64,000 nucleotides of DNA from Emiliania huxleyi CCMP1516. Lineage: Eukaryota. Each line of letters starts with the position of its first letter. Position 1 is the first letter of the stretch. The stretch lies in assembly GCF_000372725.1 (NCBI RefSeq), contig NW_005201792.1, positions 375,440-439,439 on the forward strand. The letters run 5' to 3'. This document shows, one piece after another, positions 22,679 through 34,429 of the stretch. A program made the translations under genes and the position numbers. Below the pieces are notes generated by a model that saw nothing but the letters and a program-made list of their open reading frames with translations, made no database searches and was not told the DNA's origin.

Positions 22679-22966
22679 CCAGAAAGAAAGAAAGAAAGAA
22701 AACAGACAACCCAAGGGAGGGATGGGAGGACGGCACGCCGCCACCACACAGGGATTTTAAGGAGAGGTGTGTGGTGCGCTAGCCGTCGCCCACCCTAGGG
22801 AGTCTGCCTCTTCCTATCTCTCTTCGCAGTCTCTCGCCGATTCTCGCTGCAACCTTCATGCCACCTCGCGGTCGTCCCACTCTCGTCGTTCTCTCCCTTG
22901 TCACTTCCTCCTCTGTCGCGTCGTTCTCTTCTGCCTCTTTGCCCAGTGTTGTGCGCGAGCGCTTGT
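22679..22966 (-). mobile_element. 5'-truncated retroelement copy with (TTTC)n tail and 14-bp TSD
   Basis: 22681-22938 is nearly identical to 59079-59329; flanked by AAAATTCTTTTGGC at 22665-22678 and 22967-22980. Confidence 0.8.
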
Positions 22967-23000
22967 AAAATTCTTTTGGCAAGTTCGAGAGCAGCAGAGG

Positions 23001-26000
23001 ATGCCGCGCCGATCTGGCGCCTCCACCATCGCGCGCAAGCCGTCCGGCCTAGCGGTGACAATCTTGGGCCTCGTCGTGCTAGCCGTGGTGGTCATTGCGC
23101 TCTCGGCCACTGCTCCAATATCCACAGGCCGCCCGATGAACGCACAGCATCGAGCGCTGATCGGCGCACGAAGGCGTGCCGGGCCTGCCGCCGTCCTCGG
23201 GACACTGTCCAGCGTCGCCCTGGAGCAGTCGCAGCCCTCAGCCGAGGCTGCTCCTGCAGCGGCCGAGGCGAGAGCGGCCGAGGCGAGAGCGGCCGAGGCG
23301 AGAGCGGCCGAGGCGAGAGCGGCCGAGGTGGGAGCAGCCGAGGCGAGAGCGGCCGAGGCGAGAGGGGCCGAGGCGAGAGCGGCTGCGGCGACGGCGGCTG
23401 CATCGGCTGCAGTGACAACCCAGACAGGGCCCGAGGCGACCGTGCGGGTCGACCCTCCGCCGGTGCTTCCGTTGCGTCTGAGCGGTGGCGACGCGGTGGC
23501 TGCGCCGGCAGCAGTGCCACGCGCGGTACCAGTGAGTGCGACGAGCCGCCTGAGTAGTCGGAGCCTTCCTGTAGGCGCAGTGCCATGCGCGGTACCACTC
23601 CGAGTACGATGGCGTCGCGGTGGTGTGGGGCGACAAGAACGTCGTTGCCGACGCCGCTGCTTGCTGCGCGTCGTGCGAGGCCCACGCGACGGCGGCGACG
23701 GCAGAGGGCCGGACGGCGTGCAACGCGTGGGTCTTTTGCGGCGACGCGAAGGCGTGCGGCAGCAAGCTCGGCCACTGCTGGCTCAAGCACACGCAGGACC
23801 CGTCGCTGCCCGGCCACGCGTCGCACATGTGGACGGCGGGCGCGATCCTCCCGCCCGGCAAGACGCGCCGCTCGACTTCCGCCGCCACTCCCTGGACTCG
23901 CCCACGACCAGCCCGCGACAAGTCCCATAGGCAAGACGGCGCTCGACTTCCGCATCGCCGCGCGCGAGCGGCGCGCCGCGGCGCAGCAGCGCGAGCTGAC
24001 TGTCCTCGAGGGCGCGGCGCTCACCGTCGGATTGCGCAACGAGACGGGGACGATCGAGGCGCCGACCCACCCGGGCTGCCCTCCCCGGCACCGGGAGGAC
24101 GGCGTTGTTCCGTCGCTGAACCTTGTCCGAACCTTCCCGGAACTGCAGGTGCTCACCCCGCGTTGGGAGGGGGGCGGCGTGTCGAGGACCGCGCCTCCCT
24201 CGACCGAGCCCTCCTTCTCGTACCCTCTCCCGCTCACCGACCCAGAAGTCAACCTCGGGCCGTCTGGTGGGCTCGACCCGAGACGGCTGCTGCCTGGCGC
24301 CTCCCCGGGAGCCTTCCGAGCGCGTTGCTGTAGGCCACCTCGACCGGCGGGCAGACGGCTACTTCCACCTCGGAGACCTGACACTCCGCGCCGCGGCGGG
24401 CGACGGCGCCCTCGCCGATTGCGCCTCGGTCGGCGCCGGCGCAGTCCAGGCGGCGGCTCAAGGCGCGGCTCGCGAGGGCGGCGCGGCGGCGGGCAGCGGC
24501 GAGCTGTGGAGGCACGTGAGGCGGGTGCCGTTGCTGCGAGGCGCCGGCCGCGCCGGCAGGGGCGAGTGCCCGCTCTCTGCCTCCGGCCTCGAGGTCGAGC
24601 GGCAGGTTGTGGCCGAGGAGGCGAGGGCCGGAGGAGCCGTGGTGCTGCGGCTGCGGCTGTCCAACCGCGGTTCGAAGCCGATCAAGGTGGCGTCGCTCGG
24701 CCTGGCGATGCCCTTTGACCAGGACTTTGTGGGGCGGACGCTGCCGCAGGTGGCGGCCTCGTGCTCCTTCGTCGAGCCTTTCCTCGGCTTGGGCGGCGGC
24801 TACGTGCAGGTGACGCGCGCGACTGGGCGCGGGCCGGTGCTGCTGCTGCTCCCCGAGGCGGGGACCGTGCTCGAGGCGTGGAGGCCGTACCGGCACGAGG
24901 ACCTGATGCGGCTCGACTTTATGTATGAGAACACGCACGAGCTGATGCTGCACACGGCCGGCCACGCGGCGCGCGAGTGGCGCAGCGCGAGCCCGTGGAA
25001 CACGCCGAGCGAGGCGACTCTGCCGCCCGGCGGGGAGGCGACCTACGGACTCCGACTCGTCCTCTCGCCGAGCCTCGAGGCGGTCGAGGCGACGCTCCTT
25101 GCCGCCGGGCGCCCCGTCTGCCCCTCCTCTCGGAGCCTGGTCGGAGCCTTGCCGGAGCCTCCCCTAGGCGACGCTCCTTGCCGCGGGGCATCCAGTCGCC
25201 TCGCCACTGCCCGGCCCCGTCCTGCACTCCGACCTCGCTTCGGCCAGCATCGTGTTCCGCGCCCCCGCCCGCCTCCCCGAGCCTTGCATGAACCTTCCAT
25301 GCACTTTCCTGCAGGCCAGCCTCGTGCTCCGCGTCCCCACCCGCCTCCCCGCCGGAGCTGACCCAACCCGCCTCGCGCCGGCCCTCGCTGCGGAGCCCGC
25401 GTCCGCCCTCGAGGCGACGCTCACGCACGCGCGCGTCGCGCCGCTGCAGCCCGCGCACACGGACGCCGGCCCCTTGGTCGCCGCAAGCGAGGCGGTCCTG
25501 CGCTACAGCCTCGTGCCCCGCTCGTCGCCCGAGGACCGTCGCGTTCGCCTCTCGGTGGCGCTTCCCGCCGAGCTGCTGCCGCCGCGCCGCGGCTCGCCCC
25601 TTGCAATGAGCATCCACTTGCACGTGGCGCCGCCCGCCTCCGAGCTCGTGGGCGCGCTCGGCGAGCACGGCGCGGCGAAGGGATACTTGCCGCTCGGCAC
25701 CCCCGACCCGTGGCACCGCGACGGCGCCTTCTTCGGCTGGGACGCGAGGCGCGGCGAGCGGGTGAGCGAGGAGCGGCGCGTGTACATGTCGGGCCTCTCG
25801 GACGAGGCGGGCGCTACGTCTCGGCTAGACCTCGGCTAGGCTAGACCTCGGCTAGACCTCGGCTAGACCTCGGCTAGACCTCGGCTAGACCTCGGCTACA
25901 TAACGGGCCTCTCAGACACGCACCGCCCACCCACGAGCACCGACCGCGTGGAGATGCAGGGGGTAGCCGATGCCCTTGCCCCTCACCAGCACACCCTGAC

Positions 26001-28330
26001 CTTAGGCGGGCGCCGCGGCCGGCGTGGCCATGGCGGTCAAGCAGGTCGGGAGGGGCGATCATTATTATTATCATTATTATTATTATTGTTATTATTATTA
26101 TTGTCAAGCAGGTCGGGAGAGGCGACGCGGCGCAGGTGGCGCTGCTCGAGGAGTACGTCGCCGCGACGCTCTACCAGGAGGCCCAACCGAACCGCACCCA
26201 CTTCCTGCAAGCTGCGGACGACCAGATCCGCCTCTCGCAGCTCTGGCGCCATATCTCCCATGTCTCCCATATCTCCCTCTCGCAGCTCTGCTGGCGCCGG
26301 CCGGCCGCGCACCTCGCATGCGCATGACCCTCGAGACGCGGCCGCGTACCCCGCCTCCTCCACCCCCCCTCCCCGCCTCCCCCCTCCCCCCGCCCGCGGC
26401 CTCGTCGCGCCGCAGGTGGGATGACGACTTCAACGACCCGAAGTCGGCCAAGGGCCGCGCGGCGACCGCCGCTGCGCCCGGCCTCTCGCGTGTATGCCGC
26501 GGCTGCTGGCAGCCCGGCGCCACCAAGCAGACGCGCTGCTCGTGGATGGACTGCTGGAGCGAGGCGCTCCCGAGCGCTTCGTTGGGCCCACGGTAGCTCA
26601 AATCAACCGCGACTCACAGCTCCCTTCGCAGGAGCACTCGCTCGAGAGCTGGCGCGCGTACAACTACCCGCACGTCACCACAGTCTACTGGTCGCTCTAC
26701 CGCTCCGCCCGCTACGCCTCTCCGCCGCTCGCCCGCCGGAGGCCGTGGCAGTGGTACCTGCGCCGCGCGCACGCGACGGCGCTCGCCGTGTGGCGGTGGG
26801 GCGGCGACCCGTGGACCAAGAAGCAGGGCAACGGCGTCGGCACCGCGCAGTGGGGGCTCATGGTCGGCTCCGTCTTCGAGCTCGTGCTCTCGGACCTGCG
26901 CCGCGAGGGGTGGGCCGAGGAGGCGGCCTCGCTGCAGGAGGCGACCGAGAAGCGGATGGCGGTTTGGCTGTCGATGCCTTTCCCATACGGCTCAACACAC
27001 TCGCCGGGACTCGACGGCGGCCAGCACCGAGCAGGTCAATTCACGGCCGCACCTGTGAATAGGCTCTGAGTTCTCGTGGGACTCGACCGGCCACGAGGAG
27101 ATCTCCACCTGGCTGCTAGCCTTTGGAAAGGAGGCCGAGGCGGCGCAGGTCAAGGACGCCATCACCGCGTACGTCTCCGCCTCGCCGCATTGGGCCACTG
27201 CGGCTCGCCCCGCCGGCCGAGGGGCGCAAAGTAGGCCCTTCACGGCTCCGCGTGTGAGCAGGCCTATTGCGGCTCCGCGCGCCGCTGGTGGGACTTCACC
27301 ATCAACGGCGCGACAGTGCGCGGCAACGAGCGAGTCTTCCACCACTACGCCGCCGCCCTCAACTCGGTGCCGCTCTACGACCACGCGTTACGCGACCCGA
27401 CCAACGGCTGGCTGTGGCGCCTCGCCCACTGCGCCGGCGGAGGCTCGCTCACCAACGTGCGGCGCGACGGCTCCGCGTCGATGGGGATGCACGCGGACCC
27501 AGAGGTGCTCGCGCTCGACGACTACTCGGCCGACTTCGGCGTCGGCTTCTACGGCCACTGGCGCAACGCCGGCGCCTACTACGTCTGCGCGGCGGCCGGC
27601 TCCCTCGGCCTCGCCTGCCTCGGCTGCGACGCTGCGCTGCACCGCCCTGCCGGGGCGCCGCCCTCAGACTGCCCGCCGGTGAGATATCTCCCCCATATCT
27701 CCCCCATATCTCCCTTAGATTGCCCGCCGGTGAGCGGCGGACAGCAGCAGCAGCACCACTGCCGAGCAGCAGCAGCAGCACTGCTGAGCAGCAGCAGCAG
27801 CACTGCCGAGCGGCAGCAGCAGCGCTGCCAAGCAGCAGCAGCACTGCCGCTTGCCAGTGAGCTGCGCGGCGCGACCCCCTCAGCGCGTAGGCATCATCAC
27901 CCACCCCCTCCCCCACCATCATTTCCCTCCCCTGCAGGCGGGCGCCGCCGAGGTGTCGCCGCGAGACGCGTTCGGGAGGCGCGCTTACTTGTGGCCGCTC
28001 GCGCTGCTTCTCTCGTGCGAGGGAGGCCGCTTCTCGCGGCTGCGGCTCGAGTGGGTGGAGGGAAGGCTCGGCACGCTCCGACTCGCGCTGCTGCCCGCCT
28101 TCGCCGGAGCCTCGCACGCGCTCCTCTCCCTCACCGCCGATGGCACCGTCGCGCGCGGCTCGCGCCGCGCTCGCGTCCGCTGCGAGAGGCCGGCCCCGTG
28201 CAACGTCGGCGCGACGAGCTTTGGCGGCGAGGCGGCCGGCTGGCTGAACATCTCGCTGGCGGGAGCAGCCGAGGTGGAGCTGGTCGTCGCCCTCGAGAGG
28301 GTGACAGGGGGGCGCACGGCCGTGGACTGA
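23001..28330 (+). CDS. Type II membrane protein with PAN/apple domain and DUF5695 (putative glycoside hydrolase), multi-exon
   Basis: N-terminal TM and AEARA repeat; CCASC..CNAWVFC..CWLKH (PAN); WRAYNYPHV, YGSEFSWDSTGHEE, GSARRWWDF and ERVFHHY match DUF5695. Confidence 0.8.
25821..25898. repeat. Intronic 11-bp minisatellite (CTCGGCTAGAC)n
   Basis: Direct. Confidence 0.9.
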
Positions 28331-29618
28331 GCGAATCGGACCGGTCGTTTTAGACGACAGACCGTCTCTTCAGACCCACACACACAGCGAGACCGCACCC
28401 GATCCCACAGTGTATATCAGACAAGCGTACCACGCCCCCACCCCCCACACCGCGGTGTGTCAGGGAGAGTGCCACCTTTACCACTTTGGTGTCCTCTCGT
28501 CACTCGTGTAGCGCCAAGTGCTTTTACGACCAGGAGAAAGTGATCTGGCCCTTCTCGCCACGCGCATTTGTGAGGTTGTGGTCAGGCGAGACATAGATGG
28601 TGGCTCGAGGATGGTGTGGATGGAGGGCGGAACGACGCTCGGGGCAAAGGAGGGAGGCGGTTTGAGAGAGGCGCCCACGCAGACCTGGCGGAGGCCACCT
28701 CTCGAACCGACCAACAGCGTGCTGCCGGTCGGGGCTGATGGACAACTCTTGTATGGACAGAGGCGTCGAGGGCCCCGCTCTTTCCCTCGCATAGCGGCCA
28801 CTCTTCGGATCGCTGGTCGAGCGACCCGGGGGATGCCCCGCGCGCCTGACCCAGGCGCGAGAAACGAATCTGCGAGGCGCGGCCGCTTCTGCGGCCCGAT
28901 GGGGAGGAGTGGGGCGGACTATACGGGGATCGGCTTCTTACACCGCCCTTCCCTGCAGCGAGCCCCCTCCAACCCACCCCCGCGCTAGGTCTCGGGTTTG
29001 ACGCATGTAGTCACTCCCGCGAAACTCGCGTGAACTAGCCGGGGCAGTCGAAGAAGGGGCAACTCCCAGTGCACTGACGGTCGGCCGCCATAAAACACGC
29101 CTGCGTGGATCGCGTCACACCAATCCTCGCTACCCAACGCGACCAAAGGATATCCACCCGAGAACCTCGAGAAAGTATGAACTGCCGCAACAGCGCCTCA
29201 AAAAAAAAGCCGATTTGTAGGTGGCTGATAGTAATGTGTAGCGAACTCATGCTCTGAGGCGCCCGCGTCCCACCCCCGCCTGCCGTCGGCGCGGCGCGGC
29301 GCATCGCCCACCCCGCCACGGCTCGTTTCCGACACCCCGCCGCCACCGGGGGTGTACACAGCGTTCGTCGCGCGCAGACGTCGCAGACGCTGCGGCAGAG
29401 AAGAAATATCCGCACGCCGCCCCCGCGAACCACAGCCGCGCGCCCCGCTGCGTGCGGACCCACCCTTCGCCGCTGCCACCCTCGCCGCCGCCCAGCCCGC
29501 CGCCGTACACGCCCCTCAGCCCCATCCCACTCTCCCTTCTCCCGGCAAATCGTTACCGCCACGGCCTGTTCACGGAGCTCCCCCCCCCGGCGCGCGCGCA
29601 GACATCATAATCAACAAC

Positions 29619-29942
29619 ATGGCGAAGACCTCCACCTCCCCGAAGCCGGGCTCGCCCACCTCCATGACCATCACGAAGAACGGGAAGAAGTGACACGCCT
29701 CCACACCCGCCCCGCACACGGCACATGCCCGCACACGCTCCCCCTCCCGCACGCGCCTTACTGCCGCTGAACCCTCACCTCCCGTCGCGCTGCTCCGCCC
29801 ACGCAGCTACAAGAAGTTCGTGAAGTACCTCTCCAAGGAGCTCAAGGCGAATGGCAAGGCTTTCGATTTCACGATCGCGGGCGCAAAGTGGGCCTCGCAG
29901 GAGGAGGGCCACGAGTTCAAGTTCGAGTTCGGCGAGGCCTGA
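29619..29942 (+). CDS. 68-aa basic microprotein, two exons (29619-29689, 29807-29942)
   Basis: CAACAACATGG start; GT-AG intron 29690-29806 with branch-like CTGAAC. Spliced frame gives MAKTSTSPKPGSPTSMTITKNGKNYKKFVKYLSKELKANGKAFDFTIAGAKWASQEEGHEFKFEFGEA*, with very high GC3. Confidence 0.75.
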
Positions 29943-30548
29943 ACGAGCGGCGTCGGTGTGAGAACGGGGGGGCCTGAGCCCACGGCGTAGCTAACGTGCG
30001 CAGAGCAAGCGGCCGAGCCCCATCCCACTCTCCGCCCGCGCGTCGACGGGGACTGCCATGGTGGTCTATGTTTCTGGTGGTGTCCTGTGCGTGCGCGACT
30101 CCGTAAGGGCCGGGCTCTCTGTGTTCGAGACGTCTGGTTCTCAGAGCAGCACGTCGTTACAACACCACGAGTATGCGCAAAATGAATGAACACCGACAGA
30201 TCACACGCAAGGGTTCCCCACCGTACTTCGCGCGCGGCCTCGCACGCCTCACGCGAAGCCCGTGGCGTGCCGTCGTCAGTGTGCAAGGCTCGGGGGCATC
30301 TCGACTGGCGCGCTCTCCAACCTGTTGCCGACAGCAAGCATCGGCCGGCAGCCCGTCGGCGCGTCGCAGCACGACCCGCCCGCTCCCCCGTCCAACGCGC
30401 CCTCCTTCAGCGTCGTCTCGAGCGTCGCCGACTCCGTCTTAGGCGGCGGCGCTCCCGCCGCGCTCGCATCGCCGAGGGGCTCAACATCATCTGCCAGGAG
30501 ATCGGCACGATCTCGCTCCTCGGCGCCGCCGGACGTCTCCATGGTGGT

Positions 30549-30957
30549 CACGCGGCCTCTGGCTGGAACGGGATCTACCTCGCAAGCGAGTCACCCGGGC
30601 CGGCGCGCGTCTTCCGAGAGAAGGGCGGGACCTAGTAAGCCGGCCGGGCGTACGGAGTCTATACCCCGTGATCCCCTCTCATCGGGTGGACAAGGGGGCG
30701 TCGGCCTTAGCGTGACAGCAGTCACGAAGACTGCCAGCCCTTGTCCGGTGGGATCAAGCCAGTACGCCCCCCACGGTTGAGGGGAGGACGACTGTCTCTG
30801 ACGGCGAACCTCAGTTACGAGCCGCCCTCCCCTCAAGACGCGTGGCCAGTGCACTCGGGCCCCGCGTGGGTGCACCGTCCCACACGCCTCACGCGGCCTC
30901 TGTGGCTGGAACGGGATCGCAAGCGAGTCCCCCGGGCCGGCGCGCGTCTTCCGAGAG
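30549..30957 (+). ncRNA. Candidate structured RNA between ~70-bp direct repeats
   Basis: Nested stems 30646-53/30762-69, 30670-75/30750-55, 30688-96/30738-46 and 30711-16/30721-26, plus an 11-bp stem 30777-87/30826-36. Confidence 0.4.
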
Positions 30958-31196
30958 GTAGATTCGTAAGAGCGAGTAGCCACACATACTTACTCTCCAC
31001 TGAGAGCGAGAGAGCGAGTGCACTGACAGATCACTGAGAGAAGCTAAAACGTACCAACACACTGACAGAGATCTTCGATCGCCGTGCAAAGCTCGCCTTC
31101 CGAGCTCTCACCGGCTCCGGGGGGGCGGGCGGGGGGCGGGCGGGGGGGGGAGCTCATGAAAGGAGAGCGTGCGTCTACGCGGGCAGCCTAATACAT

Positions 31197-33070
31197 ATGC
31201 TGCACATCGTCAGCGCGCCTCCTGCCAGGGCCCCGAAAGCCAGGCTCGCCGCGCCCAGGCCGGCCGCGACCAGCCCGCCGCCTCAAACCGCGTCGACGGT
31301 CTCGGGAGGCGGCGGCGGTGGCGGCGGGAGAGTCAGTGGCGTCAGCAGCGCTCCGCAGCCGCCCAAGCACATCCCGAAGCGCCGCCAGGCGCAGGACGAC
31401 CGCGCCAACGATACGCTGCTCGCAGTCGACAAGCGGGACCCCTCCAAGGCGATGCCGCTGCCGCACGCGCTGCCGCTCTCGGCGACGCCTCCGGCGGGAG
31501 CGCTGACGGCGCACTCCTTCGGCGAGCTTCCGCTGGACCCGTACCTCCAGCGGCAGCTCCAGCGGCTCGGCCTCGACAGCATGACGCCCGTCCAGCGCCG
31601 CACCATCCCTCTCGCGCTCTCGGGCGGCGACTTGGTCGTCCGGTCTCCCACTGGCGCGAGGCGGCTGGACGAACGCGCACGGTGGCATCGAGCCGTGCCT
31701 GCACCCTGCTCGCCGCCTCCCTGTAGGCTCGGGCAAGACGTACGCGTACGGCGTCCCGCTGGTGCAGAGGCTCCTCGCGCTCGGCCCGGCCGTAGTCACG
31801 CGGTCCGCAGGCGCGCCTCTTGCCCTCGTGCTCGCGCCGAGGCGCGGGTTCACCCGAGAGCACCCGACACGAGCGGGGTGGCCCGAGAGGATAGGCACCT
31901 TTGGCCTCGTGCTCGTCCCGACGCGCGAGCTCGCGGTGCAGAGCCTCGAGGCGCTGCAGGGCCTCACGCGCCCCTTCCCGTGGCTGGTGACTGGCTCCGT
32001 GATGGGCGGCGAGAGCCGAAAGAGCGAAAAGGCGCGGCTGGAGCGAGGTGGGGGAGGCATGAGTGAACGCATGACGAGCCAATGACGGATTCACAGGCGC
32101 GGCTGCGCAAGGGGACCGCGCTCGTCGTCAGCACCCCCGGCCGGCTGCACGACCACCTCTCCTCCACCGCCGCCTTCGACGTCTCCAGCTGCTGCGCGGT
32201 GGTCCTGGACGAGGCGAGCGACCGCACCTCCCGGCTGGCTGGCAGGCTGAGCCCTCCACACCCGCACCCCCGCCCCCCGGATCCTCCCCCCATAGGCCGA
32301 CCGGCTGCTCCAGATGGGCTTCGCTGGCACGCTGCAAACGACGCTCGCAACCATCGCCGAGCGGGCGAGCGCGCAGCGCGCCTCCGCCGGCGGCGATGGG
32401 CTCCAGGTGCTCTGCCTCTCCGCAACGCTGCCCGCCAAGCTGTCCGCCTTCGCCGCGGCGGCGCTCCGCGAGCCCCTCACGCTCGACCTCTCCGCCAGCC
32501 CGGCTTTTGACGCCGCCCAGCCCGCCGCCTTGCTGCCGGGCGCGCCTGCAGATGGGCCCGCCGCCGGCGCGGGCGCGGGGGGCGCGGCGGCGGGCGGCGC
32601 GGCGGCGTCGGAGCTGCTGGCGGCGCCGGCGCAGCTGCGCCAGTCCTTTGTGGTGGTTCCGCCAAAGGCGCGGCTCACGGCGCTCTTTGCCTTTCTACGC
32701 TCGCGCTGCGGCGAGGGCGAGGGCGGACGGGCGGCGAAGGGCGGGCGGGGGCACGCCAAGGCGATCGTGTTTTGCTCGTCGTGCGACGGCGTCGACTTCA
32801 CCTACGAGCTGCTCCGCCGGGCGCGCAGCTGGCCCTCCGTCAGCGAGGCGCGGGCAGCGGCGGGTCACGCGGCGGCGGCGCCCGCCACCGCGGCGGGTTC
32901 GGCGGGCCAAGGAGGGGACGGCCAGGGAGGGGACGGCCGTGAAGGCGAGGCGGCGGAGGGGGACGGGTGGGCCGGGGTGGAGGGGTGTTCGGAGGGCGAC
33001 GAGGCGCTGGAGGCCTCGGCACGCATGGCGGAGCGGCGCGCGGCGTCCACCGTGCTGGACGGCGTTCTCA

Positions 33071-33104
<34 letters not shown>

Positions 33105-34129
33105 GCCGGGGGATGATTCGGGGCTGCGCCTCGGCCTTGGATGCGTGTCTCAGCTGGTCGGCACGACTGTGCTGCGGCTGCACGGCCAGCTGCAGCAGGC
33201 GGGGCAGCGCAGGGCGGAGCCCATGACGTGTCCGAGACGTCCGCGACATGTCCGCGACATGTCCCACAGGCGGAGAGACTGGACGTCTTCAGGCGATTCC
33301 GCGCGCTGCCGAGCGGCGCGCTGCCGCGCCGACGTCGCGTACCTTCTTCTCTCAACCTCCCCTGACCCTTGCTCGGAGCCGCCCCGCAGGCGTGCTGCTT
33401 TGCACCGACATCGCGGCGCGCGGGCTCAATCTGGATGGCGTCCACTGGGTGGTGCAGTACGACCCGCCGCAGGACCACTCCGAGTACGTCCACCGTGTCG
33501 GCCGCACGGCGCGGCTCGGCCAGCAGGGCCGCGCCCTCCTCTTCCTCCAGCCGAGCGAGCGGGGCTACCTTGAGCTGCTGCAGGGCGCCGGCGTCTCGCT
33601 CGACGAGCTCAAGTTCGCGTCGGTCCAGCAGGCGCTGTGCGGCCGCAACGCCACGTCGCGCGACGTCTACATGACGGAGCTCGCCCTCCAGAAGCAGCTC
33701 GAGTCGACCGTGGCCACGGAGCCGCTGCTGCACGGCCTCGCGGCCGGCGCGTACCAGTCCTTCCTGCGCGCCTACTCTGCGCACTCCAAGGCGGAGAAGA
33801 GGGTGCTGCACGTCTCGCAGCTCCACCTCGGCCACCTCGCAAAGTCTTTTGCGCTGCAAGAGACGCCCTCGCTCATCTCGAGGCAGCAGGCCAAGCGGCG
33901 GCAGGTGGCGCCAAGCGCCGCTGCCAAGCGGCGCAAGCCGTCGCACCTGCATCAGCTCGCAGCGTACAGCGGTGGTGGCAAGGCCAAGGGGGGCGGAGGC
34001 AAGCAGGGTAGCGGAGCGGGCGGAGCGCAGCGCGCCCTGAAGGAGCAGCGGAGCACGGCTGACGGCGCGGCGCAGAGAAGGCGGGAGGCTCACAATGCAG
34101 TCTCAGAGTTTAGCGCCGCACTGGACTGA
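31197..34129 (+). CDS. DBP7: DEAD-box RNA helicase DBP7/DDX31 (multi-exon)
   Basis: Q motif [47 protein letters not shown]-terminal [21 protein letters not shown] is typical of DBP7. Confidence 0.9.
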
Positions 34130-34429
34130 CTGCCAGCGTCACAGGCCGGCGCAGATGAGAAGGTGTTTCGTGTTATCGTAATACGTAAAACAAAAGCCCG
34201 CGCACCGGCGTTACAACCCAAAAAAAAGCAAAAGGTCCCCTGCGGCGCAAGAAGCAGCTGCAAAAGCAAAAATGATAAACGAAAACGTGAATGATACAAT
34301 ATCGAATATGTGAGAACAATATGTGAGAGCATCTTGTCACTTGTGCAGTACGTGTACGATATATGCACGGACCGAACTGCAAGTAGCAAGAGAGCGTTCA
34401 CCCGACGTCCCAGCTGTTGCAGCGAGACG

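Larger units (their letters stand above)
28458..31110 (+). mobile_element. ~2.6 kb dispersed element, copy A (no TIR or TSD; hairpin near 3' end)
   Basis: Reverse complement of 51518-54330 with scattered substitutions and indels. Confidence 0.8.

Noticed and set aside
30710..30740. SECIS element
   Set aside because: No GA quartet partner on the 3' arm and no upstream in-frame TGA selenoprotein.
30797..30818. Hammerhead ribozyme core (CTGACGGCGAAC)
   Set aside because: Lacks CUGANGA, GAAA and a stem II.
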